From IMG/VR virus record IMGVR_UViG_3300013902_000013, positions 1 through 64,000 of that record: 64,000 nt of DNA. One strand, written 5' to 3'. This document shows, one piece after another, positions 40,407-50,994 of the stretch. Made by a program: the position numbers and the translations under genes. Each line of letters opens with the position of its first letter. The first letter of the stretch is position 1. Under the pieces are notes generated by a model that did not search any database, was not told the origin of the DNA, and saw only the letters and a program-made list of their open reading frames with translations. This DNA is from a virus. Its lineage: Duplodnaviria > Caudoviricetes.

Positions 40407-40958
40407 TTATTCAATAATCTCATATTTTGGTGCCGCAGTTCTGCGCCCGCCAGTAGAAGCTGCCGGTTCAACTCTACGAGTCTTTTCTTCTGCTTTTGGA
40501 GCATCAGTTTCTTCTGAAGCCTTTTTGTTTAAAATAGCTCTGTCAACATCAAATTTTAAGATTTCTTTAATAGCATCTCTTTTAGCAGAATCATTTAATG
40601 GGAGAGAAACAGCATAGTCTTTTATCATATCTTTAATTGCCTGTGGAGCAAAATCAAGACAATCCTTAAAAGCATCCAGTGTTCCTTCTCTCATAAGCTT
40701 CTTGACATCTTCCTCAGACATGGCATATTCTGGTTCAACCTCTAAGTTTACCTTAGCTATTGCGTCCTTGTCAAGAATCTGTAAATAATTCTTTAAAATT
40801 TGCTCACCGCCGCCAATATAAGTCAGCGCTTCAAGCTCTTCCTCTGGAATTTCTTTAGTTTCATGCGGTGCAAATTCTCTTCTTATATTTCTTTTATCAC
40901 CTAATTCTGGAATAACATAAACAGCTTTTCCATTACTGCGATTTTTTACTTTTGCCAT
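40407..40958 (-). CDS. Hypothetical protein downstream of the capsid gene
   Basis: 183-aa ORF with RBS. Confidence 0.7.
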   Translation of the reverse strand: MAKVKNRSNGKAVYVIPELGDKRNIRREFAPHETKEIPEEELEALTYIGGGEQILKNYLQILDKDAIAKVNLEVEPEYAMSEEDVKKLMREGTLDAFKDCLDFAPQAIKDMIKDYAVSLPLNDSAKRDAIKEILKFDVDRAILNKKASEETDAPKAEEKTRRVEPAASTGGRRTAAPKYEIIE

Positions 40959-41022
40959 AACTTAACTCCTTTATCTCCTTTATAAATTGGGTGGAGAAAA
41001 ATCCCCACCCAATCAATCTATA

Positions 41023-42069
41023 TTATTCGTTTGCAAGCTTACCTGCAAGCGCAGTATCTACATAAGAGCAGATGTTGTTAGTCATCATAACTACAACACC
41101 AACCTTTTTGTAAACCTGAATATCTCTTGACCTATCATAATGAGCAAACTCGTCAACGATAGTATCACCTTCAAAAGCAACCTTTACTGGCTTAGAGTCA
41201 GTACCACCTGGAATAATCCAGCAGTAACCTGGGTCAATAACCTTAGTTGCATTTGTTTCATCCTCGAAAGACTGTGGAAGGATTATTACTGGAATATTAC
41301 CCTTATAACGAGTAAAGTAACCATTTTTCCATACTTCATCTCTCATACTGTCAGAAACCCAAGTGGTTGCAGAAGGCATCATCTTAACAGCAAACTCATA
41401 AGTACAATAAATTGCAGGAGCGCCATAAGCTGAAGCAGTAGCAATCAGTCTATCAAATTCAACTTCATCAAAACCAGTTGCTGAAACTCTATTTGCAGCT
41501 GGAAGCTGTGCAATAGAAGAAGTAAGAGCCTTAGCAATTTCTCTGTAAACGAGTTCATCCATGCCATTCATTACAATCTGAGTGAGTTCTGAGAAGTCTA
41601 CTCTACCATCAAGGAACTCTTCCAGACCTATCTGAGCAGCTCCGCCAATTGCGCTTGTCTGTACTTCAAAGTTTTCCTGTCCAAGCTTGAATACTTCATA
41701 AATACCAGCAAGACCAACTCTAGTGATGAACTGCTTAGCTCTCATTCTACCGGTCTTATGCTTAAAGATTGGCTTAGTACCCTGCGCGAAAGTCTTAACT
41801 TCTGCGAACTGACCATACTGTTCAAGAACTCTCTTAGGAAGCAGGTCATCCATAGTCTCTTCAATAAGTGAGAAGAGCATATTCTTATTTTCTCTGTAAA
41901 GAGCATAAGTACCTACATACTCATTAAGCTCCTTTCTCAGAGTTTCATTCATAGCCTCATAAGAGAAAGTCTGTGGCTTTCCTTCATAGCTAAAATTAAC
42001 TGGCGCGCTTGGTGCTGCCTTTGCTGTTGCCTTCATAAGGGCAAGCAGATCTTTATATTCCATAGCCAT
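41023..42069 (-). CDS. Major capsid protein
   Basis: 348 aa; follows the protease/scaffold and decoration genes; optimised codon usage; followed by a hairpin at 40986-41011. Confidence 0.8.
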   Translation of the reverse strand: MAMEYKDLLALMKATAKAAPSAPVNFSYEGKPQTFSYEAMNETLRKELNEYVGTYALYRENKNMLFSLIEETMDDLLPKRVLEQYGQFAEVKTFAQGTKPIFKHKTGRMRAKQFITRVGLAGIYEVFKLGQENFEVQTSAIGGAAQIGLEEFLDGRVDFSELTQIVMNGMDELVYREIAKALTSSIAQLPAANRVSATGFDEVEFDRLIATASAYGAPAIYCTYEFAVKMMPSATTWVSDSMRDEVWKNGYFTRYKGNIPVIILPQSFEDETNATKVIDPGYCWIIPGGTDSKPVKVAFEGDTIVDEFAHYDRSRDIQVYKKVGVVVMMTNNICSYVDTALAGKLANE

Positions 42070-42088
42070 TTATATCTCCTCCTTTCTC

Positions 42089-42697
42089 TTACTGTATTCT
42101 CTGAACCTTAACTGCCGGCTGTAAATCACCGAGAGTGTAAACCTTAGCTACCTGCCAAATCATACCCTCAGAAGCGCCGTCTTCCTTCTTGAGGAATCCA
42201 TCTTCGCCAACTGTGAGTAAATCACCCTTCTTGAGTTCCTTAATCTGATTCTGAACTGCATTAGTAGTGAAAATATCACCAACTTCAGTCTTAAATACTC
42301 TTGGAACCATATTAGTGTCTTCTGGCATGAAAGAGTTATCAGCGCCATAAACTCTTGCAATATAGTTAGACTTCTTCATTGCAAAGTCAGCGTCTGTATC
42401 TCTGTCATAATATACCTTTACTTCATTAAATACGAGCATCCATTCGCCCTTACCAGTAAAGTCTACAACACCCTCTGGATAATCATACTTTACAAACTGT
42501 CCATTCTCAAGGACTTCTATATCACTCTTGCATGGGAGCTGTGCATAAATTGCGCCAGTTCTCTGAGCTGAAAGGTGGTTTGGCTCAACCTGAGCATAAC
42601 CATATGATACGCCAGCTGCCTGGCTTGAGCTTACGCCCTTTGTATTGCCGACAGTTACGTTAAATGTCTTGTCAGCATTGCTTACCATAGTAGCCAT
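42089..42697 (-). CDS. Capsid decoration/minor head protein
   Basis: 202 aa between the scaffold and capsid genes; GYAQVEPNHLSAQRTG.IYAQLP motif. Confidence 0.6.
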   Translation of the reverse strand: MATMVSNADKTFNVTVGNTKGVSSSQAAGVSYGYAQVEPNHLSAQRTGAIYAQLPCKSDIEVLENGQFVKYDYPEGVVDFTGKGEWMLVFNEVKVYYDRDTDADFAMKKSNYIARVYGADNSFMPEDTNMVPRVFKTEVGDIFTTNAVQNQIKELKKGDLLTVGEDGFLKKEDGASEGMIWQVAKVYTLGDLQPAVKVQRIQ

Positions 42698-42712
42698 TAA
42701 AACTTCCTCCTA

Positions 42713-44008
42713 TTATAAATTCTTTTCTGTCTCTTTTACTGCCTTTATCCATTCTGGAACATCGTCAGTTTCTTCTGTGAGACTATATGTAAGTTTATCT
42801 GCTATTTCTTCTTCTTTCTTATCTAATGAAAAATCTACTCTATTACGAACGCAGATAACTGATAATTTTGATTCTATTTCATCAAGAGAATAAGTATCTA
42901 TGTGAGAAACCACATCAGCTTTATCTTCATCAGAAAGCATATAGAACTGGTCTATCATTTTCTGCTTTTCAGCCTTTTCAGCGGCAGCCTTAAATTCTCT
43001 TAATTCTTTAACCTCTTCCGCAAGAGCAGAAAAATCAGTGGTGAGCTGAGAGAACTTTTCATTAAGTTCTACATATTCTGGAATTTCATCTAAAGAATAT
43101 TCCTTTTTCTTAGGTTCCTCCTCTTTAGGTTCTTCTTCCTTTTTTTCAGGCTCTTCTGTCTTTTCTTCTTCTTTTGGTTCAGGCTTTTCTTCCTTTTCTT
43201 CCGCTTTAAAATCTTGCGCCGGCTCAGGTGTTTCTTCCTTATGCTGGTCCGCAAACTCTTCAGCTGGAGTAGGATCTTCTATCTGGCTAAATTCTTCAGC
43301 CGGCTTCTTATCCTTTTCAGAATCCATTGGGTTTCCTCCTTCTCCAAAAATTTTCTTTACTTCATCTACCATAGAGAAAAGAGTTTTCTTGAAACCTTCA
43401 TCTAATGAGAATGAAGCCTTAATCTGAGCGCCCTCAAAACATGGTTCAAAATCCTCGCCCAAGATACAGAGTTTAGAAATGATGGCTTTATTTACAATAA
43501 AGAATTGCGGCTCTCCATTCGCATTTCTCTCCCATTGTCCTTCCATGGTCGCGCCATCCAGTTCCATAGACTGATTATTTCCATGCTCTATAATTCTTTG
43601 AGATTCTGGATATGTACCTGTCCAAATGTAACCCTCAGTCATTAAATATTCACGCTCAACTTGATTATCGTCAATAAATTTCTGAAACCAAACTTGAGCA
43701 TTTATATCAACAAAACCATAAGGTTTTGTGTCTTCTGTAATTGTGAATTCACCATTTGAGATTTTAATGGTCTTATTATGCTCCTCATAATCCTGTTCAG
43801 ATTCATTATAGAATCCTACAATAGGGCAACCACGAAGAGAAGGCGCCAATTCATTGCGCGCAACTTCCTTAGTAATCACTGAACCATTGCGATTAGGAGT
43901 ATCAGAAACATAACAAACTTTAATCTGACACTTTGATATAAGTGGATTTGGGGTACTCTCAAGATTGATAAATTCACATTGTGCATCTTTTGGAACACTT
44001 AAATGCAT
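42713..44008 (-). CDS. Prohead protease/scaffold
   Basis: N-terminal protease-like domain (NRNGSVIT, QSMEL, LCILGED.EPCFEGA) followed by an acidic E/K/P-rich scaffold-like tail. Confidence 0.75.
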   Translation of the reverse strand: MHLSVPKDAQCEFINLESTPNPLISKCQIKVCYVSDTPNRNGSVITKEVARNELAPSLRGCPIVGFYNESEQDYEEHNKTIKISNGEFTITEDTKPYGFVDINAQVWFQKFIDDNQVEREYLMTEGYIWTGTYPESQRIIEHGNNQSMELDGATMEGQWERNANGEPQFFIVNKAIISKLCILGEDFEPCFEGAQIKASFSLDEGFKKTLFSMVDEVKKIFGEGGNPMDSEKDKKPAEEFSQIEDPTPAEEFADQHKEETPEPAQDFKAEEKEEKPEPKEEEKTEEPEKKEEEPKEEEPKKKEYSLDEIPEYVELNEKFSQLTTDFSALAEEVKELREFKAAAEKAEKQKMIDQFYMLSDEDKADVVSHIDTYSLDEIESKLSVICVRNRVDFSLDKKEEEIADKLTYSLTEETDDVPEWIKAVKETEKNL

Positions 44009-44020
44009 TTTATCCTCCTA

Positions 44021-45643
44021 TTAGCTCATACCTTCTCGATTTTGGATGGTCTTTTCTGACTTTTGATCATCCGGAAGCTCAGGGCGCCCGCCCTTACTTT
44101 CCTCAGAATCTACCACTTTAGTAGTTTTCTTCGTGGTAGTTTGAGAAGCGCTTTTCTTGGTAGCCGCGTTAATTTCTTGAGATTCTACCTTACCACTCAT
44201 AGTGTTACTACTCATAGGTGGTATCATAATATCAGAAAGATGTAAAACTTGATTTTCAAATGTTGCCATTGCCAAAATTTCACTCTGAGAATGTCCAAGC
44301 GCAATTTGCGGCAACATCTTAGAATAACCAAGTTGTACTTGGTCTTTATATAATTTTGACAATTCTTTATAATTAAATTGCGTTGTTTCAAGCATCCTAA
44401 AATTAAAATGATATTTCTTATTTTTACTTGAAATAAGCTTTAAAATTCTATCAAAGAAAGCTTGAAAAGTTAATACAAGAGTGCGAATAGTTGCTTCGTC
44501 TACCAAAGTAGATTTCTCAAGGGCTATATTACCATCAGAGTTGAATAAATTCTTCGCGAAGCCAAACTCGTTATATACTGCGCGCTCCACCTTTGCTAAA
44601 TCATCAGAGGTAGTAGCAGTATTAGAATCTGATAAATTTATTGCGTCAGTGTCAGCGAACGTTGTTAATACGTCAACACCAATCGAATTTTTTAGCATTG
44701 TAACTGCATTATTATGTAAGTCTCTTGCTTCTTCAACGTCAAATATTAAATCACCATTTTTATCTGTTGGTAATTTCTGAATAATAATCTTTAAAAGACG
44801 TTGCATCATTTTCTTTCTATCTAAATCTTGCGCCTCTGCTAAATTAATAATTGCCGGTATTGCATTGGCTAAAATTGGCATGTCGCTGCCGCCAAGATTT
44901 AATTTAAAAGCAAGATCTGGGTCAAGCATATACCACCCAGAAGTATCCCCACTATAATCTGGTTTCAATTTTCCGCTTTTGTACATTACATAAGCTTTAG
45001 AAAATTCTTCTGGAAAAGCTTTTAACACTCTTAATCTGTACTGAGCATCAGTAAATTTATCGTCAAAATATCTCATGTTAAATTCAACTACTGGAATTGA
45101 ATTCTTCATGTAACGAGTCCTACAGTATTCTATAGGTAACTCTTGTATACTTAAATGGGTATTTGCTTTAAGAATATACCCATAATAGCAACCATTTTTA
45201 ATTACTTTAAGTGCTAAATCATTACACTGAAGTTTTAAATGAGAATTATCAAAAAATTCTAATAAATTAGCAAATTCTTTTAAAACCTTATCTTCATTAA
45301 TCTTATCAGAATCATTTATATAAGGCACTAAATACCAATCATATCTATATAAACTTGCTAAATATTTACAAGCATGTGAATAAATACCACTACTATCAAA
45401 GAATAAATTTGAAATTCTTCTAAGAGATTCAAAATCCTTATTGGTTAAGGCTTTAAGAATAAAATTCTTATCGGCATATTTCTTGCTTGAGCCTAAACTT
45501 TTATAAGGGTTAGTATCTACAATAGCATCCTCAAGTGTTTTAACACCAACACGTAATTTTGAAAAATCAAGGGGTGCGCCAGTAGGTTCTGACTCTGTTA
45601 AGGCAAAACCTTTAGCTCGAATTTCTTCTTGTCTATGTCTCAC
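44021..45643 (-). CDS. Portal protein
   Basis: 540 aa between the terminase and protease genes; C-terminal GGRPELPDDQKSEKT tail typical of portals. Confidence 0.8.
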   Translation of the reverse strand: MRHRQEEIRAKGFALTESEPTGAPLDFSKLRVGVKTLEDAIVDTNPYKSLGSSKKYADKNFILKALTNKDFESLRRISNLFFDSSGIYSHACKYLASLYRYDWYLVPYINDSDKINEDKVLKEFANLLEFFDNSHLKLQCNDLALKVIKNGCYYGYILKANTHLSIQELPIEYCRTRYMKNSIPVVEFNMRYFDDKFTDAQYRLRVLKAFPEEFSKAYVMYKSGKLKPDYSGDTSGWYMLDPDLAFKLNLGGSDMPILANAIPAIINLAEAQDLDRKKMMQRLLKIIIQKLPTDKNGDLIFDVEEARDLHNNAVTMLKNSIGVDVLTTFADTDAINLSDSNTATTSDDLAKVERAVYNEFGFAKNLFNSDGNIALEKSTLVDEATIRTLVLTFQAFFDRILKLISSKNKKYHFNFRMLETTQFNYKELSKLYKDQVQLGYSKMLPQIALGHSQSEILAMATFENQVLHLSDIMIPPMSSNTMSGKVESQEINAATKKSASQTTTKKTTKVVDSEESKGGRPELPDDQKSEKTIQNREGMS

Positions 45644-45655
45644 TATTCACACCTC

Positions 45656-46072
45656 TTAAAACAATCCTGCGCGCTCCATTATATAATCATAAGAAATTAA
45701 ATTCTCATCAGTATAAGGTATTTCAATTAAATTAATCTTATTTAAAGCGCAGAATCTTCTTTTTTTATTATCATTATGTTGTTGTTGGTAAAAACCTCGT
45801 TTTCCACCAAATTTTTGCGAAGGTTCATAATGTTGTTTTCCTTGATACTCTATCAAGCAACATAAGTGTCCTTCGTCATCAAATATCGCGAAGTCAAATC
45901 GAAGTGGGGTTCCGTTCTCAGAACAAAGCCCTTCTATCACATACTCTTCCTGAAAAACAATACCGTTAGATTCAAGAATTTCATGGATTTTTCTTTCGCC
46001 AAATGATGCCAACATATTTTTCACCTCCATTCTTAATGCAAGAGGTAAAGAAGAATGAAAATCGAAATTCAC
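45656..46072 (-). CDS. Vsr/DUF559-like endonuclease domain protein
   Basis: SFGERKI..IL...EEY...PLRFDFAI...LIEYQGKQHY...HNDNKKRRFC..NKINLIEIPY; the likely start is the internal Met (MLASFGE). Confidence 0.75.
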   Translation of the reverse strand: MNFDFHSSLPLALRMEVKNMLASFGERKIHEILESNGIVFQEEYVIEGLCSENGTPLRFDFAIFDDEGHLCCLIEYQGKQHYEPSQKFGGKRGFYQQQHNDNKKRRFCALNKINLIEIPYTDENLISYDYIMERAGLF

Positions 46073-46141
46073 TCTTCTAATACCTATAAAAACTCTTACA
46101 AAGCGATTATAAAGACGTGACCAAATTTTTGAGAATTTTTT

Positions 46142-47881
46142 TTAGTTCATAAATAAAAATTCTGAGATATTGTGGCGCCGGCGCCTGCTTGGGTCATCTT
46201 CCTCTACCTTTATGTAGAATAACCCATATCCAAGGGAGGAAACCTTATCCTTCTTTATATTTTTATTCGCGCGCTTGAGTATGATATTAACACCCTCGGT
46301 CTCTTCTCTAAGGTTTAGTAACTGTTCGCGCAATATAGAAGTTAAAGTGAACGGGCGCAAATACGTATCTCTTTCCTCTTGCGACATTCGCTTTGTTTGG
46401 TTCATTGCTAAGAGTTTTTCTTTTTTAACTCTTTCATCAATCAAGAATTTAATCTTGCCTGCATTTAATTGCGCCTGTAGGATTGTATACATTTCTGTAT
46501 TGAAAGGCGCATTTGCTTTAACTATATATAAAACATTATCTTCTGTATCGCCAGTTCTAAAACGCTTATAATTACCTTCTGTATCATTATAAACGCCAAA
46601 TGGCGGGAAGTACTCTCCGGTCTTTGGGTCCACCTGACTCTTCACGAGGTAGTCCACGAGTCCATGGCCTAGACCGTTTCCATCTATAACCACGCGCCGC
46701 GCGTTATACTTATAGTAAAGGCGCTTTATCTGAATCGCCTGGTCTTCAAAGTGCATCTTCTCTAATGAATAAAGATTTACTATTTGTTTTAATGAAGATA
46801 ATGAATTTTGCGGATTAACTTTAATAATTGTAATATCTGATAAGTCATTCAATCGTCCTACATCGACTGAAATGACATAATATCCGCCTTTTCCTATTCT
46901 CTTGCTTGCCTCAGTTTCCGCGGTATTAATAACACGATTCTTGTCAAAGGCGTCTGCGTTAAAGAACGCATCCTCTACGGACCCAGCCCATAAACTCTCG
47001 AACTCTCGGTCAAAGGCGGCTTCGTTAAAAGTTGCATCAGACTTTAAGTCATTGACAAAATTTCTAGATTGAAGACCCTCGAGAACTGGTATGCGCCACG
47101 TACCCCCGAGTACGATAGCTCTATCTGGCTGAACAATACTTCGAACTAGAATTTGGATAAGTTTGTTATAAGGGTATGTGTTCTTATACCCAGCTGTTGT
47201 GATATAGAGCTGGCTCTTATTCAACATTTCATCCTCATATCGTTTACCATCTCCCGCGAGTCGATCTATATTCATCAGGGGTATGATAACTTGATTTAAC
47301 ACATCCCCGTCGATACCAGCGCATTCCTCCATGGTACCATCTGTACGACGCTTACCTCTAGAGGACTCGCGCGCAGCTACGTTATCTATATACGAGCCAT
47401 TCTTAAATAAAATTTTAGTATAATCCTTTGATTTTGTTGTACCTTTACCTCTTCCCTCATAAATCTCGTTCTTAAGAGCAGGAATAAGCTCGCATAACTC
47501 TTCTACCTTTTCTGCTAAGATACCACTACTCTGCTCCTTACCTCCTGAAGTCACGAATGAATGCGAATTAGGGTAGAGTATCGCTTTTATCATTTTAGCG
47601 AGCACGGCTAAGAAGGACTTCGAGTAAGCTCTAGGGTAAACGCAATATACATATTTGTGTCTTAAACTAGCCCTTAGATACACACGCTGATAATAGTAAA
47701 ATCGGAACTTGTTATCTGGGTTTAAACTCGCGAGCCAGTCTACAAAGATATCAGGATACCATCTGAAAAATGAAATTATTTCTCTGCCTTTTGCAACAGC
47801 CGCAATTAATCGTTCGTCAGACATACCCATTTTAACAGTTTCTTTAGAATGAGAAAGATTTAATAAATCATTAAGCGCCAT
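46142..47881 (-). CDS. terL: Terminase large subunit
   Basis: Walker-A-like PRAYSKS, Walker-B-like GTMEEC, ITTAG coupling motif, nuclease VISVDVGR and VVIDGNGLG, C-terminal KKDKVSSL; upstream of the portal gene. Confidence 0.9.
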   Translation of the reverse strand: MALNDLLNLSHSKETVKMGMSDERLIAAVAKGREIISFFRWYPDIFVDWLASLNPDNKFRFYYYQRVYLRASLRHKYVYCVYPRAYSKSFLAVLAKMIKAILYPNSHSFVTSGGKEQSSGILAEKVEELCELIPALKNEIYEGRGKGTTKSKDYTKILFKNGSYIDNVAARESSRGKRRTDGTMEECAGIDGDVLNQVIIPLMNIDRLAGDGKRYEDEMLNKSQLYITTAGYKNTYPYNKLIQILVRSIVQPDRAIVLGGTWRIPVLEGLQSRNFVNDLKSDATFNEAAFDREFESLWAGSVEDAFFNADAFDKNRVINTAETEASKRIGKGGYYVISVDVGRLNDLSDITIIKVNPQNSLSSLKQIVNLYSLEKMHFEDQAIQIKRLYYKYNARRVVIDGNGLGHGLVDYLVKSQVDPKTGEYFPPFGVYNDTEGNYKRFRTGDTEDNVLYIVKANAPFNTEMYTILQAQLNAGKIKFLIDERVKKEKLLAMNQTKRMSQEERDTYLRPFTLTSILREQLLNLREETEGVNIILKRANKNIKKDKVSSLGYGLFYIKVEEDDPSRRRRHNISEFLFMN

Positions 47882-49073
47882 CCTCTTCCTCTCTTTCTAC
47901 GTCTGCCGCAAGTTCTTGTTCTTCAAATGCGCGTAATTCTTGATAATCTTCCAAAGAAGTATCTTCACCATTATTATCTTCATCAGAATACTTCATTATT
48001 TCATCAATAGCATCCTGTTCAGTATGCTCATTTTCCTTTTCTATTGCTTTAATAGCACTTTCAATCAACATATCAAGACTTGATTCAGTTTGTACAAGAG
48101 TGCGCAAGTAGCGTTTAGTATCCGCTAATGTTTCATCTACTCTATCTTGCGGCTCTGGTGTATAATACTGCGGAATAAAACCACCTTCTTGTTCACAAAG
48201 CGCAACAAATTTACCAAGACAATCAATTCCCTTAGATTCATCGCGGAGCTGGCTTGAGGTGAACTTGTTCTGCTTCATGAGGGTTTCGTACACGCGTGTG
48301 AGCTTTTGGAACCCGTCCACATCTCCTAGATCTATTAACTGGTGGGCTTTGAGCGAGGTCTTACAAATCATTTTCAAACTGTCGCGCTCACCCGCTGTCT
48401 GTATATCATATGATTCATTCATCTCAACCCAGAGCTGCTCTAACTTAACCCATTCATCCGGGGAATATGAGCTACCCCATTTAATAGAAAGATAGTTAAT
48501 ATCATCCTCTGTCAACCCCAATTCTTCCGCAGATTGTGCATTAGATGCAAGAGGAGAAGAAGAAACAGTTGCGCTTTTTGCTGCGGCAGCGCGTTCAGCT
48601 TCTTTAAAAATCTCTGGCTTTTCTATCGGTGCGCGGTCTTCCTCAAGGGTCTTTTGGATCTCGCTTTCGGTCTTTCCCTGTTGGCGCATTGATACTTCTT
48701 TCTCATTATCTTCTACCTTCATAAGATATTCAGTATCAGCCCATCTATATTTTTTGTATTGCGCCATTCGCATCGCGCCCAAGTATCTACCTATTACGGT
48801 CATACCATTAACCTTTGCAGGGTCTTGACAATAAGTCTTAAGTAACCTGTTCCAAACCCGCGGTATATAAGGCACATCCGCTTCTTGTAAAATTGGTAAA
48901 TAAGTATCTGCGTCCCAGTTGTCCACATTCATTGTAATACACTTCTTACAAATATTCATATAACCATCATTTTTAGCATATTTCTCTAAATTACTTTTAT
49001 AGAAGCTATCTTCAACATATGTGGATTTACATTTTTCACAATATATTTTTCTTTTTGTTGATGCTCTTCCCAA
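47871..49073 (-). CDS. Zn-ribbon protein upstream of terL, possible terminase small subunit
   Basis: N-terminal CEKC...ICKKC; acidic C-terminus; coupled to terL. Confidence 0.55.
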   Translation of the reverse strand: MGRASTKRKIYCEKCKSTYVEDSFYKSNLEKYAKNDGYMNICKKCITMNVDNWDADTYLPILQEADVPYIPRVWNRLLKTYCQDPAKVNGMTVIGRYLGAMRMAQYKKYRWADTEYLMKVEDNEKEVSMRQQGKTESEIQKTLEEDRAPIEKPEIFKEAERAAAAKSATVSSSPLASNAQSAEELGLTEDDINYLSIKWGSSYSPDEWVKLEQLWVEMNESYDIQTAGERDSLKMICKTSLKAHQLIDLGDVDGFQKLTRVYETLMKQNKFTSSQLRDESKGIDCLGKFVALCEQEGGFIPQYYTPEPQDRVDETLADTKRYLRTLVQTESSLDMLIESAIKAIEKENEHTEQDAIDEIMKYSDEDNNGEDTSLEDYQELRAFEEQELAADVEREEEDGA

Positions 49074-49120
49074 AAAGATAACACCTCCTTTATATTATAT
49101 AAAAATAAGGTCAGACCGCA

Positions 49121-50239
49121 TTATAGAGGTCTGACCTTTTTATTTCGACATTCTTTACAAATACTATAGAGTCCATCTTTGCTTGTTCTATTTCTAGTAA
49201 AATAACGTGGAATAGATAATTTATTCTGACCGCATTTTGAGCATCTTTTATATTTACCTTTTTCCTTTTCAGTGAAATACCAATTAAGCCAATCTTCTTG
49301 CGCCTGTTCTGCTATTGTATTAGGTATCTTGCGGCACCACAGCGAAGAGATGAATTCTTCAGAATATTCTACCTTAAATTCTTGCATTAACTTCTCTCGT
49401 ATTTGAGAATTTGTTTTTCCATCAATCTTCGCAATAGCAATAGCAAAAAGAATAGGATGTTTAGAAAGCGCGCGTTCGCTTAAAGCGTCAAAATCTCGTA
49501 CCGCGGACCACATATCAGAGTTAAGCTCCTCTGAGCAGTCCTGGTGCAACCGCGAGTAATTTTGAAGCATCTGCGCGCATACATCATTTCTTAAAAAAGA
49601 GAAACCTTTGATATCAAAGACACCCTCTTCATCTATTGAAATTTCCTCGTTTAAAAAGATAATCGTCTTAGTTTTTGTAATTGCTTTAGGAATAATAGGA
49701 GGTCTATTACTCATTTTCATTAAATACTGATCTCTTCTCATTTCTATAAGCATTTTCTTTATCGCATATTTATTTCTTTCATCAGACACCTCTTTTAATT
49801 TATCTTCCCAAAATTTTATTGTGTCGCGCAACTGCTGCAAATCTTTATTCTCTTCTATGTCACGCTTATTAATAGTAATTTTAGGAGCTAAAAGTACGTT
49901 TTTATTATCTGATGTTAAGTTATATATTCCATCTTCGCCGCCATCCAACTGAGAAACCAAGCCCTCAAATGAAGTTTCGCGTTTTGCTATAGTTGCCGCA
50001 CGGTTAGCAGTTGTGACCTCTTTGGTGCGCTCTTTCTTTTCTATTGCAAAAACTAAATAGTCGGCGAGGGTTTCTAATGTTCGAGAAGATGGATTAGGAT
50101 TCTCCGCCAGAAATTCATTCACCTTTTCTAAACGTTCTTCTGGTTCTGTAATTTTTTTATCTAATAACACTTGTTTTCTCAAAACCCTTCCGCTTTTATT
50201 TGCGATTATAAATAATCGTCTTTTTTCTTTCTTTACCAA
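49121..50239 (-). CDS. Hypothetical DNA-binding protein with a C-terminal Zn ribbon; first gene of the virion operon
   Basis: 372 aa; HTH-like region (AIAKIDGKTNSQIREKL) and CSKC...SICKEC. Confidence 0.6.
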   Translation of the reverse strand: MVKKEKRRLFIIANKSGRVLRKQVLLDKKITEPEERLEKVNEFLAENPNPSSRTLETLADYLVFAIEKKERTKEVTTANRAATIAKRETSFEGLVSQLDGGEDGIYNLTSDNKNVLLAPKITINKRDIEENKDLQQLRDTIKFWEDKLKEVSDERNKYAIKKMLIEMRRDQYLMKMSNRPPIIPKAITKTKTIIFLNEEISIDEEGVFDIKGFSFLRNDVCAQMLQNYSRLHQDCSEELNSDMWSAVRDFDALSERALSKHPILFAIAIAKIDGKTNSQIREKLMQEFKVEYSEEFISSLWCRKIPNTIAEQAQEDWLNWYFTEKEKGKYKRCSKCGQNKLSIPRYFTRNRTSKDGLYSICKECRNKKVRPL

Positions 50240-50250
50240 TTCACAAATAT

Positions 50251-50279
50251 ATTATACCAAAAATTTTAACCTTCGTCAA
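50251..50279 (-). promoter_or_regulatory. SigA-type promoter for the minus-strand operon
   Basis: TTGACG-17 nt-TATAAT with an extended -10 TG; a TGACGAA 0A-box sequence overlaps the -35. Confidence 0.7.
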
Positions 50280-50595
50280 GCTTATTTGCCCAAAAATTTT
50301 TCGGCGCGCCGGTCCTTGCAAAAGCAGTAAGAACAGTTGCGCGCCGCAGCAAATTTGACAACACAAAAATTTTCTGCTATAATTTTGTTGTAAACAAAAA
50401 ACAAACAAAAAAAGCAAAAACTGTGTTGAGGTCTAAACCAAAACCCTTTTATAAAAACTATAAAAAATATTATATAATAAATATATAAAGAAAAAGAAAT
50501 AAAGAAATTTGGAAAAAGTAAAAATTTATGATATAATAAATATATCAATTCACTTAAAAAAGTTATTACAAAAGGAAAGGAAAAAAAAGAATAAA

Positions 50596-50883
50596 ATGAA
50601 TTTAATTAATGAAAGCGCAAGTCGAAAGATCGATGACTTAGGTAGAATAACTATTCCTAAAAATATGAGAAAAAGATTAAATGTACATTCGGGAGAGGAT
50701 TTAGATTTCTATAGTTTAGAGCATGAAGGTAAATATTATGTATGCTTAACTTCTAAGCGGAATCCGCCATCTTATAAATATAAAATAGTAACAGATATTT
50801 TTAAAGAATATAATATAGAAGTACCAAAAGAATTTTTAGATGCAATAGCAAAAGAAACATTTAAAACAAGAGAAGAAGAATAA
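50596..50883 (+). CDS. abrB: AbrB/SpoVT-family transcriptional regulator
   Basis: Start re-called to ATG 50596; SRKIDDLGRITIPKNMRKRLNVHSGEDLDFY closely follows the AbrB N-terminal DNA-binding motif (RKVDELGRVVIP.ELRR.L.I...D.LEIY). Confidence 0.8.
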   Translation: MNLINESASRKIDDLGRITIPKNMRKRLNVHSGEDLDFYSLEHEGKYYVCLTSKRNPPSYKYKIVTDIFKEYNIEVPKEFLDAIAKETFKTREEE

Positions 50884-50994
50884 AAGGAGATTAAGTATGT
50901 TTGCAATATTAATAATTTTAGGATTTATATTTTTACCAACCTATTGTATGATTAAAGCACAGGAATTAAATAGACATTATTAAGGAAAAAAGTT

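Noticed and set aside
46142-47881. Intein or intron in the terminase large subunit
   Set aside because: The ORF is continuous and of ordinary length, with no intein boundary motifs visible.
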